Source: Wallemia ichthyophaga EXF-994 (Eukaryota; Fungi; Basidiomycota). From it: DNA of 32,000 nt. Below, one piece after another: positions 1 to 10,633 of the stretch. The notes under the pieces were generated by a model that was not told the origin of the DNA, did not search any database, and saw only the letters and a list, made by a program, of their open reading frames with translations. Within the stretch, counting starts at the first letter, position 1. Every line of letters begins with the position of its first letter. A program made the translations under genes and the position numbers. The stretch spans positions 314,932 to 346,931 of the forward strand of contig NW_008806284.1 in assembly GCF_000400465.1 (NCBI RefSeq), written 5' to 3'.

Positions 1-533
1 TGTTTTGTACTGCTGACGGATTCTGAATCTACTCGCAGCCTGCTTGTTCCTCTCGCGCTGCTGGAGCTTCTTATCGGCGTCGTTGGTATCTGAGATATTG
101 TGCTGGGTAGTAGTGCTGTTGCTGCCGAGACTATCTGCGGTACTGGCATTGGTATTGGTATTTAAGGATGACTTCCTGCTCGAAGTCGCATTGCTGCCTT
201 CAGATTCATACGAGCTGCGACGCGATCTGGCGAACGAGGGTTGCTGATGTATGTAGTGCGGCAGCGCGAATGGCGGTATCTCTCTTTCCGGTGCTAGGGT
301 ATTTCTATGTTAGAGACATAGCCGAGACGCACGCCACTCACAGGCTTTAATACCGGTAAATCCGTTGGCGGGGTATGTTTGGTAAAAGGGACTTAAATAG
401 GAGGATTCTTGGTGGGAATGTTAGCTGAGTGAGACGTCAACACATCTCACTCACCCTGCTGCGCTGTACAACTCGCGCTGGTCGCATTTGAGTTGCCGGG
501 GCTGTCGTTGTAATTGGTTTTGGTTTTGGACAT
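1..533 (-). CDS. bZIP transcription factor, 5' part (leucine zipper lies beyond the left edge)
   Basis: Spliced model: exons 533-455, 407-342, 293-<1; GTGAGT...AG introns of 47 and 48 nt with GCTAAC/CTAAC branch sites. The translation ends ...DADKKLQQRERNKQAASRFRIRQQYKT, which fits the bZIP basic-region pattern (N-x-x-A-A-x-x-F/C-R). Not in the ORF track. Confidence 0.85.
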
Positions 534-782
534 TTGAACATGAACGTATGATCAGAACCAGCTGTCGATGGCTTTGTTCAGATCGCCCTCCGATTTTAAT
601 CAGATTGATGATCTGGTAACGCAACCCACTCGCGTGTTCGCTTAATGAAGGCAGTGCCTTATGGATGGAGAAAGCGCGTGGCTATGTTTGTGTATTGCTT
701 CATTTTACTTCCATTCCACGCTCTTCCTCACATGCCTATCTTCGCGGCAGCAAATTTAATATAAATGGTCAGATGAGAATGC

Positions 783-963
783 ATGGACACAATCCGAGAA
801 GGGGAAAATAATTGCAACGTGTACCAAACAGCCACGGGATATCGTGGATTCTTTTTTGATCCAAAAGTAAGCGTTTTGAATCCTCCGAGGACTCAACCCG
901 GAGAAGAGGCATTAGTCCGAGATGCGCCAGGGTATTTTTGGCGCTGGAGGCTTCTGGACGTAA
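783..963 (+). CDS. Possible 43-aa micropeptide (2 exons)
   Basis: ATG 783; GTAAGC donor at 867, TAG acceptor at 915 (49-nt intron); TATA-like ATATAAA about 20-25 nt upstream. Gives MDTIREGENNCNVYQTATGYRGFFFDPKSEMRQGIFGAGGFWT*. Weak branch site, no recognised family. Confidence 0.3.
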
Positions 964-1456
964 ATTGAGTTTTCATGCACATACACAATTACGCACCCAT
1001 GTTTACATCACAAAACCTCCGATAGTCCAAATTGCATTCTAAATATATCTCCGATAAAAAGGACAGAGAATCAAATACATATCCATGACAGCGCTGAAAG
1101 CAGTCCCACGATTCTCCCGCATACGCCAACATACCACCGCGCCATGTGACATAAATCTTCAATATGTAAACATCAAGTGGAGGTTAGTCAGCTATGACTA
1201 AACATCCCGTGGCGGGTAAGAAGTGGGTGTAAGGATCTTTAGGGGATTACTGTCCAAAACAACAAGATTGTGCTATTGTTTTTGAAAATTGGCCGCGGAA
1301 ATGAAGCTGCCAATGCTGGGGATGCATATGCATGATTTCATCTGTCCGATCAGTGCGGAAGTGAATAAGCAAGTGTGAAAGCTGCCGCTCAGGCGCTCAA
1401 GCCAGAGCCCGAGCCCAAGCCATAGCGTCCACGTCTTCTCCTCCTTCTCAACATCG

Positions 1457-2245
1457 ATGAGCGTCGATATTGATTACACCAAGCTCGATCAAAGCCTGGC
1501 AGACAATCTGCTCAGCATTCTCAATGAGCGTCTCGAAGAGATGCAGAAACCATCGATCCTCGGCCACATCGAGTTTACGAATCTGAGTTGGTGGGTTTGA
1601 AGATGGCGGGAGATGCGCACCGCTGACGCATCCGCAAGGGGAGATATGGCGCCTGATATTGAACTGGAGGAAATTGGAGAGCTTTCTGAGGAGTTCAACG
1701 AGAGCGATGAGGAGGACGTGAATGGTGAGGATGAGGCGCACGAGGCGGCAGATCTCAAACACCCGGCACAAATTAGAGACAGCAACAACAACCACAACGC
1801 CAGTGAATCACAACCCAAAAGAGCCTCCTCAACAATCCCAAATATGCAGATACAGTTGCGCATTACGCACGAATCAGATATGCGTTTAACGCTGCTCACG
1901 AATCTTCTCGTAAACTTCCCAAGTCCAGGCTTTATGAGTTTGCCCGTCAAACTCGCAGTGCGGGGGATTGTGCTCCACTCGAAAGCCATCATCGGCATCG
2001 ACAGCCAGAGACGCCAGGTGCATTTCTCACTGGTAGAGCCATACGACGAGAACAGCGAGGATGACGACGATGTACAGAATCACATTCTCCAGAGTCTAGT
2101 CGTCGAGAGTGAGATTGGGGATGTGGACAGACACACACTCAAGAATGTGCGCAAGGTCGAGAATTTCGTACTCGAATACCTGCGTAATCTTCTCAATAAC
2201 GAGATTGTATGGCCCAATTACCACACGTTCATTCTCGATGATTAG
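1457..2245 (+). CDS. MDM12: ERMES complex subunit Mdm12 (SMP domain)
   Basis: Exons 1457-1590 and 1639-2245 (48-nt GTGGGT..GCTGAC..AAG intron). N-terminus MSVDIDYTKLD...LGHIEFTNLSWGDMAPDIELEEI, central LLVNFPSPGFMSLPVKL and C-terminal IVWPNYHTF are typical of fungal Mdm12. Confidence 0.9.
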
Positions 2246-2545
2246 CGTGTGCGATTGGCAGGGGAGTTGCACAAAATATACCACAAGCACAGCAAAAACA
2301 TAGCTCGATTGTATAGAATACTCAATGAATTTGTATATTAGACGGCTCGAGGCGAGCGCGGAGACTACTACGGATACATCTCGCAGCTAGCACAAGAAGA
2401 ATTTGAGAAGACAGCACAGTTAATAAAAGGGCTAAAACACCTACACGCGCCTCTAATATACTCTCACTCGATTTTAAATATTTTGAAAATTTGGTGACGA
2501 GAAGACTTTTTCGATGTGAGTTTCTTAGACCGCAACAGCTTCAGC

Positions 2546-2700
2546 GTGAGTAGAATTTTGAAGCAGGGAGAGTACGCAGGGTTAGAGAAGCCATGTGGAA
2601 TTGCTGAGCTTGTTTTTCATACTTTGGTTGTTTTTCTTACTTGGCTTGCTCGCTTTCGTACTCCCCAGCACCTACAAACACATCACTAACAAATCCACAG
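2546..2700 (+). other. 5'-UTR intron of RPL5 (155 nt)
   Basis: GTGAGT at 2546; CACTAAC branch and CACAG ending at 2700, 4 nt before the ATG at 2705. Confidence 0.7.
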
Positions 2701-2704
2701 TAAC

Positions 2705-3649
2705 ATGCCATTCGGTAAATAGACCTACTGTACACTTGCCACACCTCCTAACAAACCCTTAGTCAAGGAAGCCAAGAGCAACGCTTACTTCTCTCGCTAC
2801 CAAGTCAAGTACCGTAGACGTCGTGAGGGAAAGACCGACTTCTACGCTCGTAAGCGCCTTGTGACCCAAGCCAAGAACAAGTACAACGCACCAAAGTACA
2901 GACTTGTCGTCAGATTCACCAACACCAACATCATCTGTCAAATTGTCTCTTCAAAACTTCAAGGTGACGTTACTTTGACCCAAGCTAGTGCACGCGAGCT
3001 TCCAAACTATGGTATGAAGAACGGTCTCACATCATGGACTGCAGCCTACGCTGTTGGTCTCCTCGTCGCCAGAAGAGCGCTCACCAAGCTCGGTTTGGCC
3101 GACAAGTACGAGGGTGATGTCGAAGCCACCGGTGAATACAGTCTCACTGAGCCACTCGGTGATGACGAGCCAAGACCATTCAAGGTCTTCCTTGACGTCG
3201 GTCTTAAGCGTACCTCCACCGGTTCCAAGGTCTTTGGTGCCCTCAAGGGTGCCTCAGACGGTGGTCTCTACGTCCCACACTCCGAAAACCGTTTCCCAGG
3301 TTACGACATTGAGTCCAAGGAGCTCGATGCTGAGATTCTCCAAAAGTACATCATTGGTGGTCACATTGCTGAGTACATGGAGTCTCTTGAGGAGGAAGAT
3401 GAAGAGAGATTCAAGAAGCAATTCTCTCGTTACCTTGCCGACGGTGTTGGCTCCGATGACATAGAAGACATTGTCTCCAACACCCACGAGGCCATCAGAG
3501 CCAACCCAGAGTACAAAAAGACTGAAAAGAGCAAGGACTGGGCTTCCGAGAGCAAGAAACACAAGGCTACTAAGCTCACTAAGCAACAACGTGATGCTGG
3601 TATCCAACAACGTATCCAGTACTTCCAACAAGCTGAGAACGCTGAGTAA
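2705..3649 (+). CDS. RPL5: 60S ribosomal protein L5 (uL18)
   Basis: Exons 2705-2714 and 2763-3649 (48-nt intron) give [57 protein letters not shown]..., an unmistakable uL18 sequence. Confidence 0.98.
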
Positions 3650-3786
3650 ACTCTCTTGTAGCATGCTCTTATATATTAACTGTCTGTTGTTTTACATGAG
3701 TTTGAAGGTGTGGTTGATGTGTTTGAATTATATGAAATTTTTAATCTCTCATTAAAGCGGAAGCCTAGGTAGACCTAATGAATAAT

Positions 3787-5341
3787 TTAAGCAACCAGTT
3801 GATTCATTTTCAAACCTTGTACCGCTTGTGTTGCTTTTAGAAATGGAACACGTGGAGAATATTTTGGACACGCGGAGAGATCAACGAGAATGCAATACCG
3901 GATAAGAAAGTGAGTTTTTGAGGCCAAGCATACGTATGGTATTGCTAAAAACTTCACGTTCACGTGTCGGAGTAATGGACAAGTAGTTAAGAGCTCAGCT
4001 TCAGCACATTTCCTCTTTTCAGTCTTGACATGGATAGTTGAGGACAATTGGTGGACACTGAATACTAGATGAAGATACTAGACACTCGTGGACATTTAGT
4101 TGAAAGTACTTGCCTTAGCTGTCTTGGGAGCTGATCTTACATTATAGGTTGTGGCTACCTCGCCACTGGCATGTCTTCTCTATCACATATGCGCTTTATA
4201 ATTTTCAGTTGCCTTCACTGTATGCTCACTCCTCTAAACCACTCCACAAAACCTGGCTGATCCGTGCGTGTATGGGCTTGGCATAATTTAGAAAATAATA
4301 AATCCCAAAAAGTAGAGGAAATGAATCTGACCAAGGCATAGTCTACTAACTTTAATTCAAACTTCGTCATGACTTGGGTTGATGGTATTGAAGATGAAGA
4401 CGCCAAAGCTGCTGAAACCGTTGGCATTTCTGAAGGCCTTGTATCATTAACTAGTGCTCTGATTTCATATGGAAGATTGTTTGAGTCATTGTGACGCAAA
4501 ATACCAGTGTTTGTGTGTACATAAGTCTCGGATGCGAGCAACTCTATGATTTTGGCCGTTTTCGAATGTAGCATCTTCATAAAAAGCAAGGTCTTGGTCG
4601 CCTTCAAGAGTTACATCTTCCTCGACAGGTGGATATGGCTCAGAAACTTGGAAGGCGACCTCTGAAACTGCAGTAAAAGTGCTAGAGAGCTACTTGTCCA
4701 TTACAAGACCAAACCCGCCATAGATTACAATTGCTCGTATAAAAGCAACGCCGTCTGATTGAAACTTGCAAAGGTAGAATGATCAAAGGATAGCGAAGGG
4801 AAATGTTCAAGACACCGTTTTGGACCTGATCGAGAGGCGCGCAGAATTATTCAAATTCGTTAAACGCGGCGATCTTTGAAGCGGAAGGAAAATTAGGAAG
4901 TGGTGAGAGTAAACTTGTCAAAGGTTTAAACATAGTTATTTATTAACCTACCTTTATCTCCAACCACTGCTCCAGAGCTCAAAATTTGCATTCGAAGATC
5001 CCAGATAATGACAAACGCGTCTTGATTCCTATCATTTAGCCGAAATAAACACGTCAAAGTGAAAAGCCTCGACAAGTCCTATCATGCGCCCAAGTCTTCT
5101 TTTTAGAATACATGCGCAGCTTGACCTATCAATCATTTCTTAAGCCATGCATCCATGAACTTGTGCGAGGCAAATTACGGGAAGCAAGCTCATTAGCGGC
5201 GATTATCTGAGCACGCCTCCGCTGAAAAGATTCTCCTCTTTGAAGATTTTCAGACGAATATCGCCCTGCCCAAAGATCTCTTGGATACTTAAGTCCTGAT
5301 TTGCAATAGCCCAAGATGACGAGATGTTTTAAAAGATTCAA
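3787..5341 (-). pseudogene. Fragmented coding-like region, possibly a decayed LRR/RNI-like (F-box-type) gene
   Basis: Several coding-like frames broken by stops and frameshifts; recurring xCPxL/V motifs (TKCPRV, NCPQL, TTCPLL, SACPK) at 3800-4130. No intact splice path was found. Confidence 0.35.
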
Positions 5342-5883
5342 TTGTCACACATGATATTCATCGTCGTTCTAGCTATAGTCAGAGGACAATGTTCAACGGG
5401 TGCTGATGCTGTGGGAATTGAGTGCAAGCTTGCGACGGTGCTATCATTAAAGAACGTTAGTCTGAAATCTGCATTAAAGTTCAGACGATATGACGATGTG
5501 AAGACAGCAACGCCTTAATTCAATCATGGTGGAGGGCAATACATCAATTCACCAGATGATCAAGACATATGCATAGGAATAGGGGTGAATTGCTAGATCT
5601 GTAGAGTTTCACTTACACGAAACACGATTGTATAGGTAATCTATTGTCGAAATACTTGAACAGCTCCTAGGCATAAGGTACAAGGCACGTCTCCTTCCAA
5701 TTTATTCCGCTGGGCGAAGTTTAAGCTGAGTAGCTATGAAATCAACAGATAGGCATATAATAATTTAAATATATTCATAATCCTGTCAACTTTGTTATAC
5801 ATACAATCAAGCTATCCTTATTATAGTAGAAATCAATAAATAGAAAGTCCTAAAGTGACGAGTGAAAGTGCAATGTCTCGCCG

Positions 5884-8081
5884 CTAAACAGCCTTGTTTC
5901 CCTTCTTATTTTCCAGCTCGTGTATTTCATTCTGTAAGTCTCTCTCCTTCCGATCTCTTTCCATCCGTTCAAGCCCAGCTTTTGCCATGTTGTGCGTTCG
6001 AAACATAGGGTTAATCAACCGTCGCCATTGTTTGCCGGTGAAGTTGACTGGACTACCCAGTCCACTATAGATGCAAAAGTCGTACGCTAATGCACCTAAG
6101 ATCGAGCCGCCGAAGGATCCCAAGATGGGCCCAGTTAGCCACCTGCTATTGTGAGATGATGATGTGTGATGAGAGAAAATTACCCACCACCATCTATCGT
6201 GCGTCCATAGCTCCTTCCCGTAGCCAACGCAACTGAGCATGATGCGTGGGCCGAGGTCGCGAGCTGGGTTCATGGCATATCTGGTGAGTGTGATTGCTCA
6301 GGGAAAATTCACGTGCTAAAGACACCACACTCACCCGCTTAAAGCACCTAGAGACGTACCTATGGCCATAATGATTAGTGCAAGAACTAGAGCACCCAAA
6401 GACGCTCCAGGTGGCGTATTGTCACGATCACCAAGGGCTAAAACACTCGATGTCAATACTGCAGTCGCGATGACTTCCTGATACACTGCAAGACCGATGG
6501 TAGTATTTTCTGTTGTGGGGATTGTAGGGAATAACGCAGCTGTGCCACTCGAAGACACCGTCTTTGCGGGATCTATGTTGTAAAGAGACTGACAGTACAT
6601 TCCATAGACCGTAAAGCTTCCGATAAATGCACCTAGAACCTGTGCAATCCAGTATTTCCAAAGCATTTTCCAAGGAAATCCTCGAAATAAAGCAAGAAAA
6701 AGAGTGATGGCTGGGTTAAGGTGGCCACCAGAAACACCACCAGCAATGTAAACGCCAGTCATGACTCCAACGCCGAATCCCCAATTCAAATTCGTATATG
6801 CAGCTGTCTGATTTGTATAAATAAGTGTCTGACAGCTGGCGCCAGTGCCAATAATCATAAATACACACGTCCCGAGCATCTCTGCGAGCGGTTCCCGCAT
6901 GTATTCTCTAATGTTGAACCAAAAATTGTAAATGGGTTCATCAGGATTCTCATACTTTTCTTGTTCAATGGGATCATCAAGCCACTTATTTTCCATTTCT
7001 CCAACCTGCCCAGTGCCACCGCCTTGTGGGTAATTTTGCGACTTGTCAGTGTTATATGACAGAGAGCGGTCCTGATCAGCGGCCGGTGTGTCCTTTTGAC
7101 CATCTATAATCCCACCGACCTGACCTTCCTCCTTTCCCTGAGTATCGCGATTAGTTAAATCCTTATCGTCTGACTTCTTGTCTGCCATCTCCTTGTCTGC
7201 CTGCTCCTTGTAGTAGCTATGCTGCTGTGTCTGGGTAGGAAACCTTTTGCTAGGCTGAGGACGAGCAAACGACGGTCTTCTGTTGTCATCGATAACACCC
7301 CCGACCTGAAATGGTGTTCTGCTTGATTTTGTACTTTTATTGTCTTCCATCATTCCGCTTACTTGGCCAAAAGGAGTATTATGCTGACCAGGTGTTATTC
7401 CAGGTGTTATTCCAGGTGTTGTTCCAGGTGTTGTACCCGGTAAATTGAAATAGTCACCGGCCTGGTTGGTGTGATGAGATGGTGGCTGGGAACTCGAGTA
7501 GCTAGAGCCGAATTTGGTTGATCCTAAGTTTCCCGTGGGGAGAGATGGTGTGTTACCCGTGATACTAGACGCCTGCTGATAGCCTAGTTCCCTGCCTCTG
7601 GAGAAAACGGCTTCTGCAGCTGCGTTTAAGACTTCTTGGCCACTTCCGCTAATATCGTTGTTTCTGCCTTGAGTCTTTCCACTTTCATGATTGCTAGGCT
7701 TCTCTGAATCCTCAGCAGGGAAGACACCCCCAATGCCCCAAAGGGGACGTTTGCTTTTTACTCTGCGCATGTGCTCATTGTGCTTAGCTGTAATATTATT
7801 TTGGTGCTGTTGCTGTTGTTGCTGCTTCTGCTCTTTCTGGTTCTTTATAAAGCTTTCTTCGTCGTTTGCCTGTTGTTGCTGAGAATCGGTGAGTTTATCC
7901 TGTTGCTCGGGTTGCTTGAGCTGATCTCCCCCTGTGGGTGCTTGTGATTGTGCTTGAGGGGATCCTACGTGTGGTGTGTTTGGTCTGCTCTCTTCTTCTG
8001 GCTCCTCTTTCAACGTATCGTGCGTTGATATCTATGAACGCCTTAGAACACTATCAGATACATAGACATGGCACTCACCAT
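5884..8081 (-). CDS. Aquaglyceroporin (MIP family, GlpF/Fps1-like) with long hydrophilic N-terminus
   Basis: Exons 8081-8079 (ATG only), 8031-6335, 6280-6188, 6142-5884; introns 47, 54 and 45 nt. Both NPA boxes present: GGHLNPAIT and GYAMNPARDLGPR. The D after the second NPA is typical of glycerol channels. Confidence 0.93.
7388..7440 (-). repeat. 12-nt coding tandem repeat (about 4.5 copies) encoding PGTTPGTTPGITPGITPG
   Basis: ccaggtgttatt x2, ccaggtgttgtt, ccaggtgttgta on the + strand. Confidence 0.95.
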
Positions 8082-8549
8082 AAAGTTGAAATTTTGTCCT
8101 TATCGTAAATTCCGAACGGCTTACCAAAAGTGAGGATTTTTGACAGTGTGTCATTCTGATTTCACCGATTTTTCATATTTTTGAGTAATGACGACATGAC
8201 TTTAAAGTTATATAACAGCCGTTGCCGTAAACCTTATATTATTAGCCGTTCCTTCTTAGCCCTGTAAACCAAGCGCTGAATGTCCGTCTCGATGCCGGTG
8301 ATGCCGCCGTTATCACGAGATATTTTACAAATTAGCTGCATTCGTAGATATACATGTACATTCCTGATCGCTAGCCGTGGCGTGCCTCAATAAAGAAGGA
8401 AAGGGTCCTTTGGTTTACAACGGAGTGCCTGATTTGCGAGAAAAGTGTATTTAGCGTGTTTAATTCGTCTGGATAAGCTTCCACAGGCTATACACCAAAT
8501 CATGCCTCCGCTAAAATCTCTCTGACTCCCACTACCTTCACCCTACGTT

Positions 8550-9641
8550 ATGACGTTGCGAGGATTTCTGCAGAACGCCAGGCTGCCCGTCATACAAGCG
8601 CCCATGGCCGGTGCCAGCACGCCCAAGATGGCGATAAGCGCGAGTAACTGCGGTGTACTAGGAAGTATCGGCTGCGGAATGATGCAGCCTAACGCACTCA
8701 AGAGCGCAATTAGAGAGACAAAAGCGGGGACTGAGAGACCATTTAATGTTAATTTATTCGTAACGGACAATCAAGAAGGATACAATGTGGACAGCGTCCG
8801 CGATAGGTTGGCGTGGCTATACGACTACTATACGGAGATGGGACTGGATTCACCACGTCCATCCACATTCGCACCCAAATTCGAGGAGCAGTTTGAAGCC
8901 CTCCTGGAAGCCCAGCCTCCTATTGCGTCGTTTGTCTTCGGTGGGATAGATATTGCACGCGTAAATGCCTTGCATGAGCGAAATATATCTGCAAGTGATG
9001 TAGCTTTACAATTCGCACTACTCACGACCATGTAATCTCAGGTAATAGGCGCCGCCACCACACCAACTGAGGCTGAATACTGGCAGAGAGTGGGTGCAGA
9101 TGGGATAGTTTTGCAGGGAATAGAGGCTGGTGGACACAGGTGCAGTTTCCTAGATCCAGAAAATCCAGGCGAGCCGCTCAGTGAGCTGCTCAAAGCGACG
9201 AGACATCTACACACACCGCTCATCGCAGCTGGCGGGATAATGAATGGTAGGGACGTGAGAGGTGCTTTGAGGCAAGGAGCAGACTGTGCACAGCTCGGCA
9301 CGGCATTTTTGACAACCGAGGAGTCACCTGTACCTGCATCATACCGTGAATCTCTCATCGCTGCCCATAATGACGATACCACTCTCACAAAGGCCTTTTC
9401 AGGGAGATGGGCACGCGGTATTAGGAACAGATTTACAGATATGGCTGGAGTGCAATTCACAGCTCCTTATCCAGTTCAGAATGCCCTCACTCAGCCTCTG
9501 CGTAGCAATGCAGCAACACATCACCGCTCAGATGAGTTATCACTGTGGGCAGGTATGGGTGTTGGGGCTGTTCGTGACTCTCCCTCTACTCCACACCTCA
9601 TCGATAAGCTGCAGAGGGAATATGATGGCTATAATATATGA
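8550..9641 (+). CDS. Nitronate monooxygenase (2-nitropropane dioxygenase family, FMN TIM barrel)
   Basis: Exons 8550-8990 and 9042-9641. Motifs PVIQAPMAG, RPFNVNLF, QGIEAGGHR, LIAAGGIMNG, QLGTAFL, FSGRWARGIRNRF, LSLWAG. Confidence 0.92.
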
Positions 9642-9748
9642 ACTTGAAGAATATATGTAATATTGTATTCAATTAACTCGCTTACAAAAATAAACTATAA
9701 CAAGACTTGCGTTGCTGTGTTTCTGAAAATTTTCTTAGACTACCCAGG

Positions 9749-10042
9749 CTAGTAATCATAATCATTTGGGCCTGGCTCATAGTCTGTTACTTGAACGCGG
9801 TAAAACTTGTTCTTGCTGCCAGGAGTTTCATTTTCGTTGGGGTCTGCGTTGAGGAGTGTATGTGATATACCGCCTCTCTTGAGCGGATAACGTGGCTTTT
9901 GCGGGTGTTCAGCGAGTTCAGTGTCTTTTGAATGCTCAGATTTCCTAGGGTGTTCGCAGTCACCCCCCTTTATTGGCACAGGCGATGCTGCTGTGACAAC
10001 CACTAGCATAATTAAGAGCAGTGTACACAATTGCCAGTTCAT
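9749..10042 (-). CDS. Small secreted protein (97 aa) with internal KR site
   Basis: Single-exon ORF with a classical signal peptide (MNWQLCTLLLIMLVVVTAA|SPVP), a hydrophilic body and a PLKR|GG dibasic site. Confidence 0.7.
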   Translation of the reverse strand: MNWQLCTLLLIMLVVVTAASPVPIKGGDCEHPRKSEHSKDTELAEHPQKPRYPLKRGGISHTLLNADPNENETPGSKNKFYRVQVTDYEPGPNDYDY

Positions 10043-10633
10043 TTCTCAGAAGCAGTTCACTGTGCTCTTTGAACTGTGGCTGATGTTGCTCTAACTTCCA
10101 CTTCTTCGCCACCTTCATACCATTCCATCCATCGGTGATTGAAATTTAGACTAAAGGCCGGGAACAATCCATGTGGAAAGATCAGCAGACAGATTTTGAT
10201 GTGACGGGATAAATATAGGTAGGATACATGATTTACACAAGAATTATGAGAAACGTGGTGTGTCTTAACATTCAACCAAGTTGAAGTGATGACTGGAGAG
10301 TCAGTAAAGTTCTGGTAAGGCTGTAATACCCACTTGAGCCGGCTTGGCTGCTACTATTGGCATGAAAGCCGCTAACGATAAAAGGAAAGATTTGGATTCT
10401 TGAGGGACTCGTAGGTTTTGATGGTGAAGTAAAGTGGAGAGAAATATCACAAATACAGCAAACAACGTCATCATATCATACCTGCTGCGCAAACATTTGC
10501 TTCCTTTTCAAAAGACAATATGCGATCAAGATGACATCAGAAAAAATCTTGGCTAATCAAACGCATTATTGTAGAGTGATGTAAACATAGTATACAAGCA
10601 GGCGTTAAAGGCATGTCTAAGAAAATGAGACAT

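Noticed and set aside
44-247. + strand 67-aa hydrophobic ORF
   Set aside because: Antisense shadow of the bZIP exon on the minus strand.
1448-1998. Minus-strand ORFs over MDM12
   Set aside because: Antisense shadows of a recognised gene.
3046-3755. Alternative-frame and antisense ORFs over RPL5
   Set aside because: By-products of strong codon bias in a highly expressed gene.
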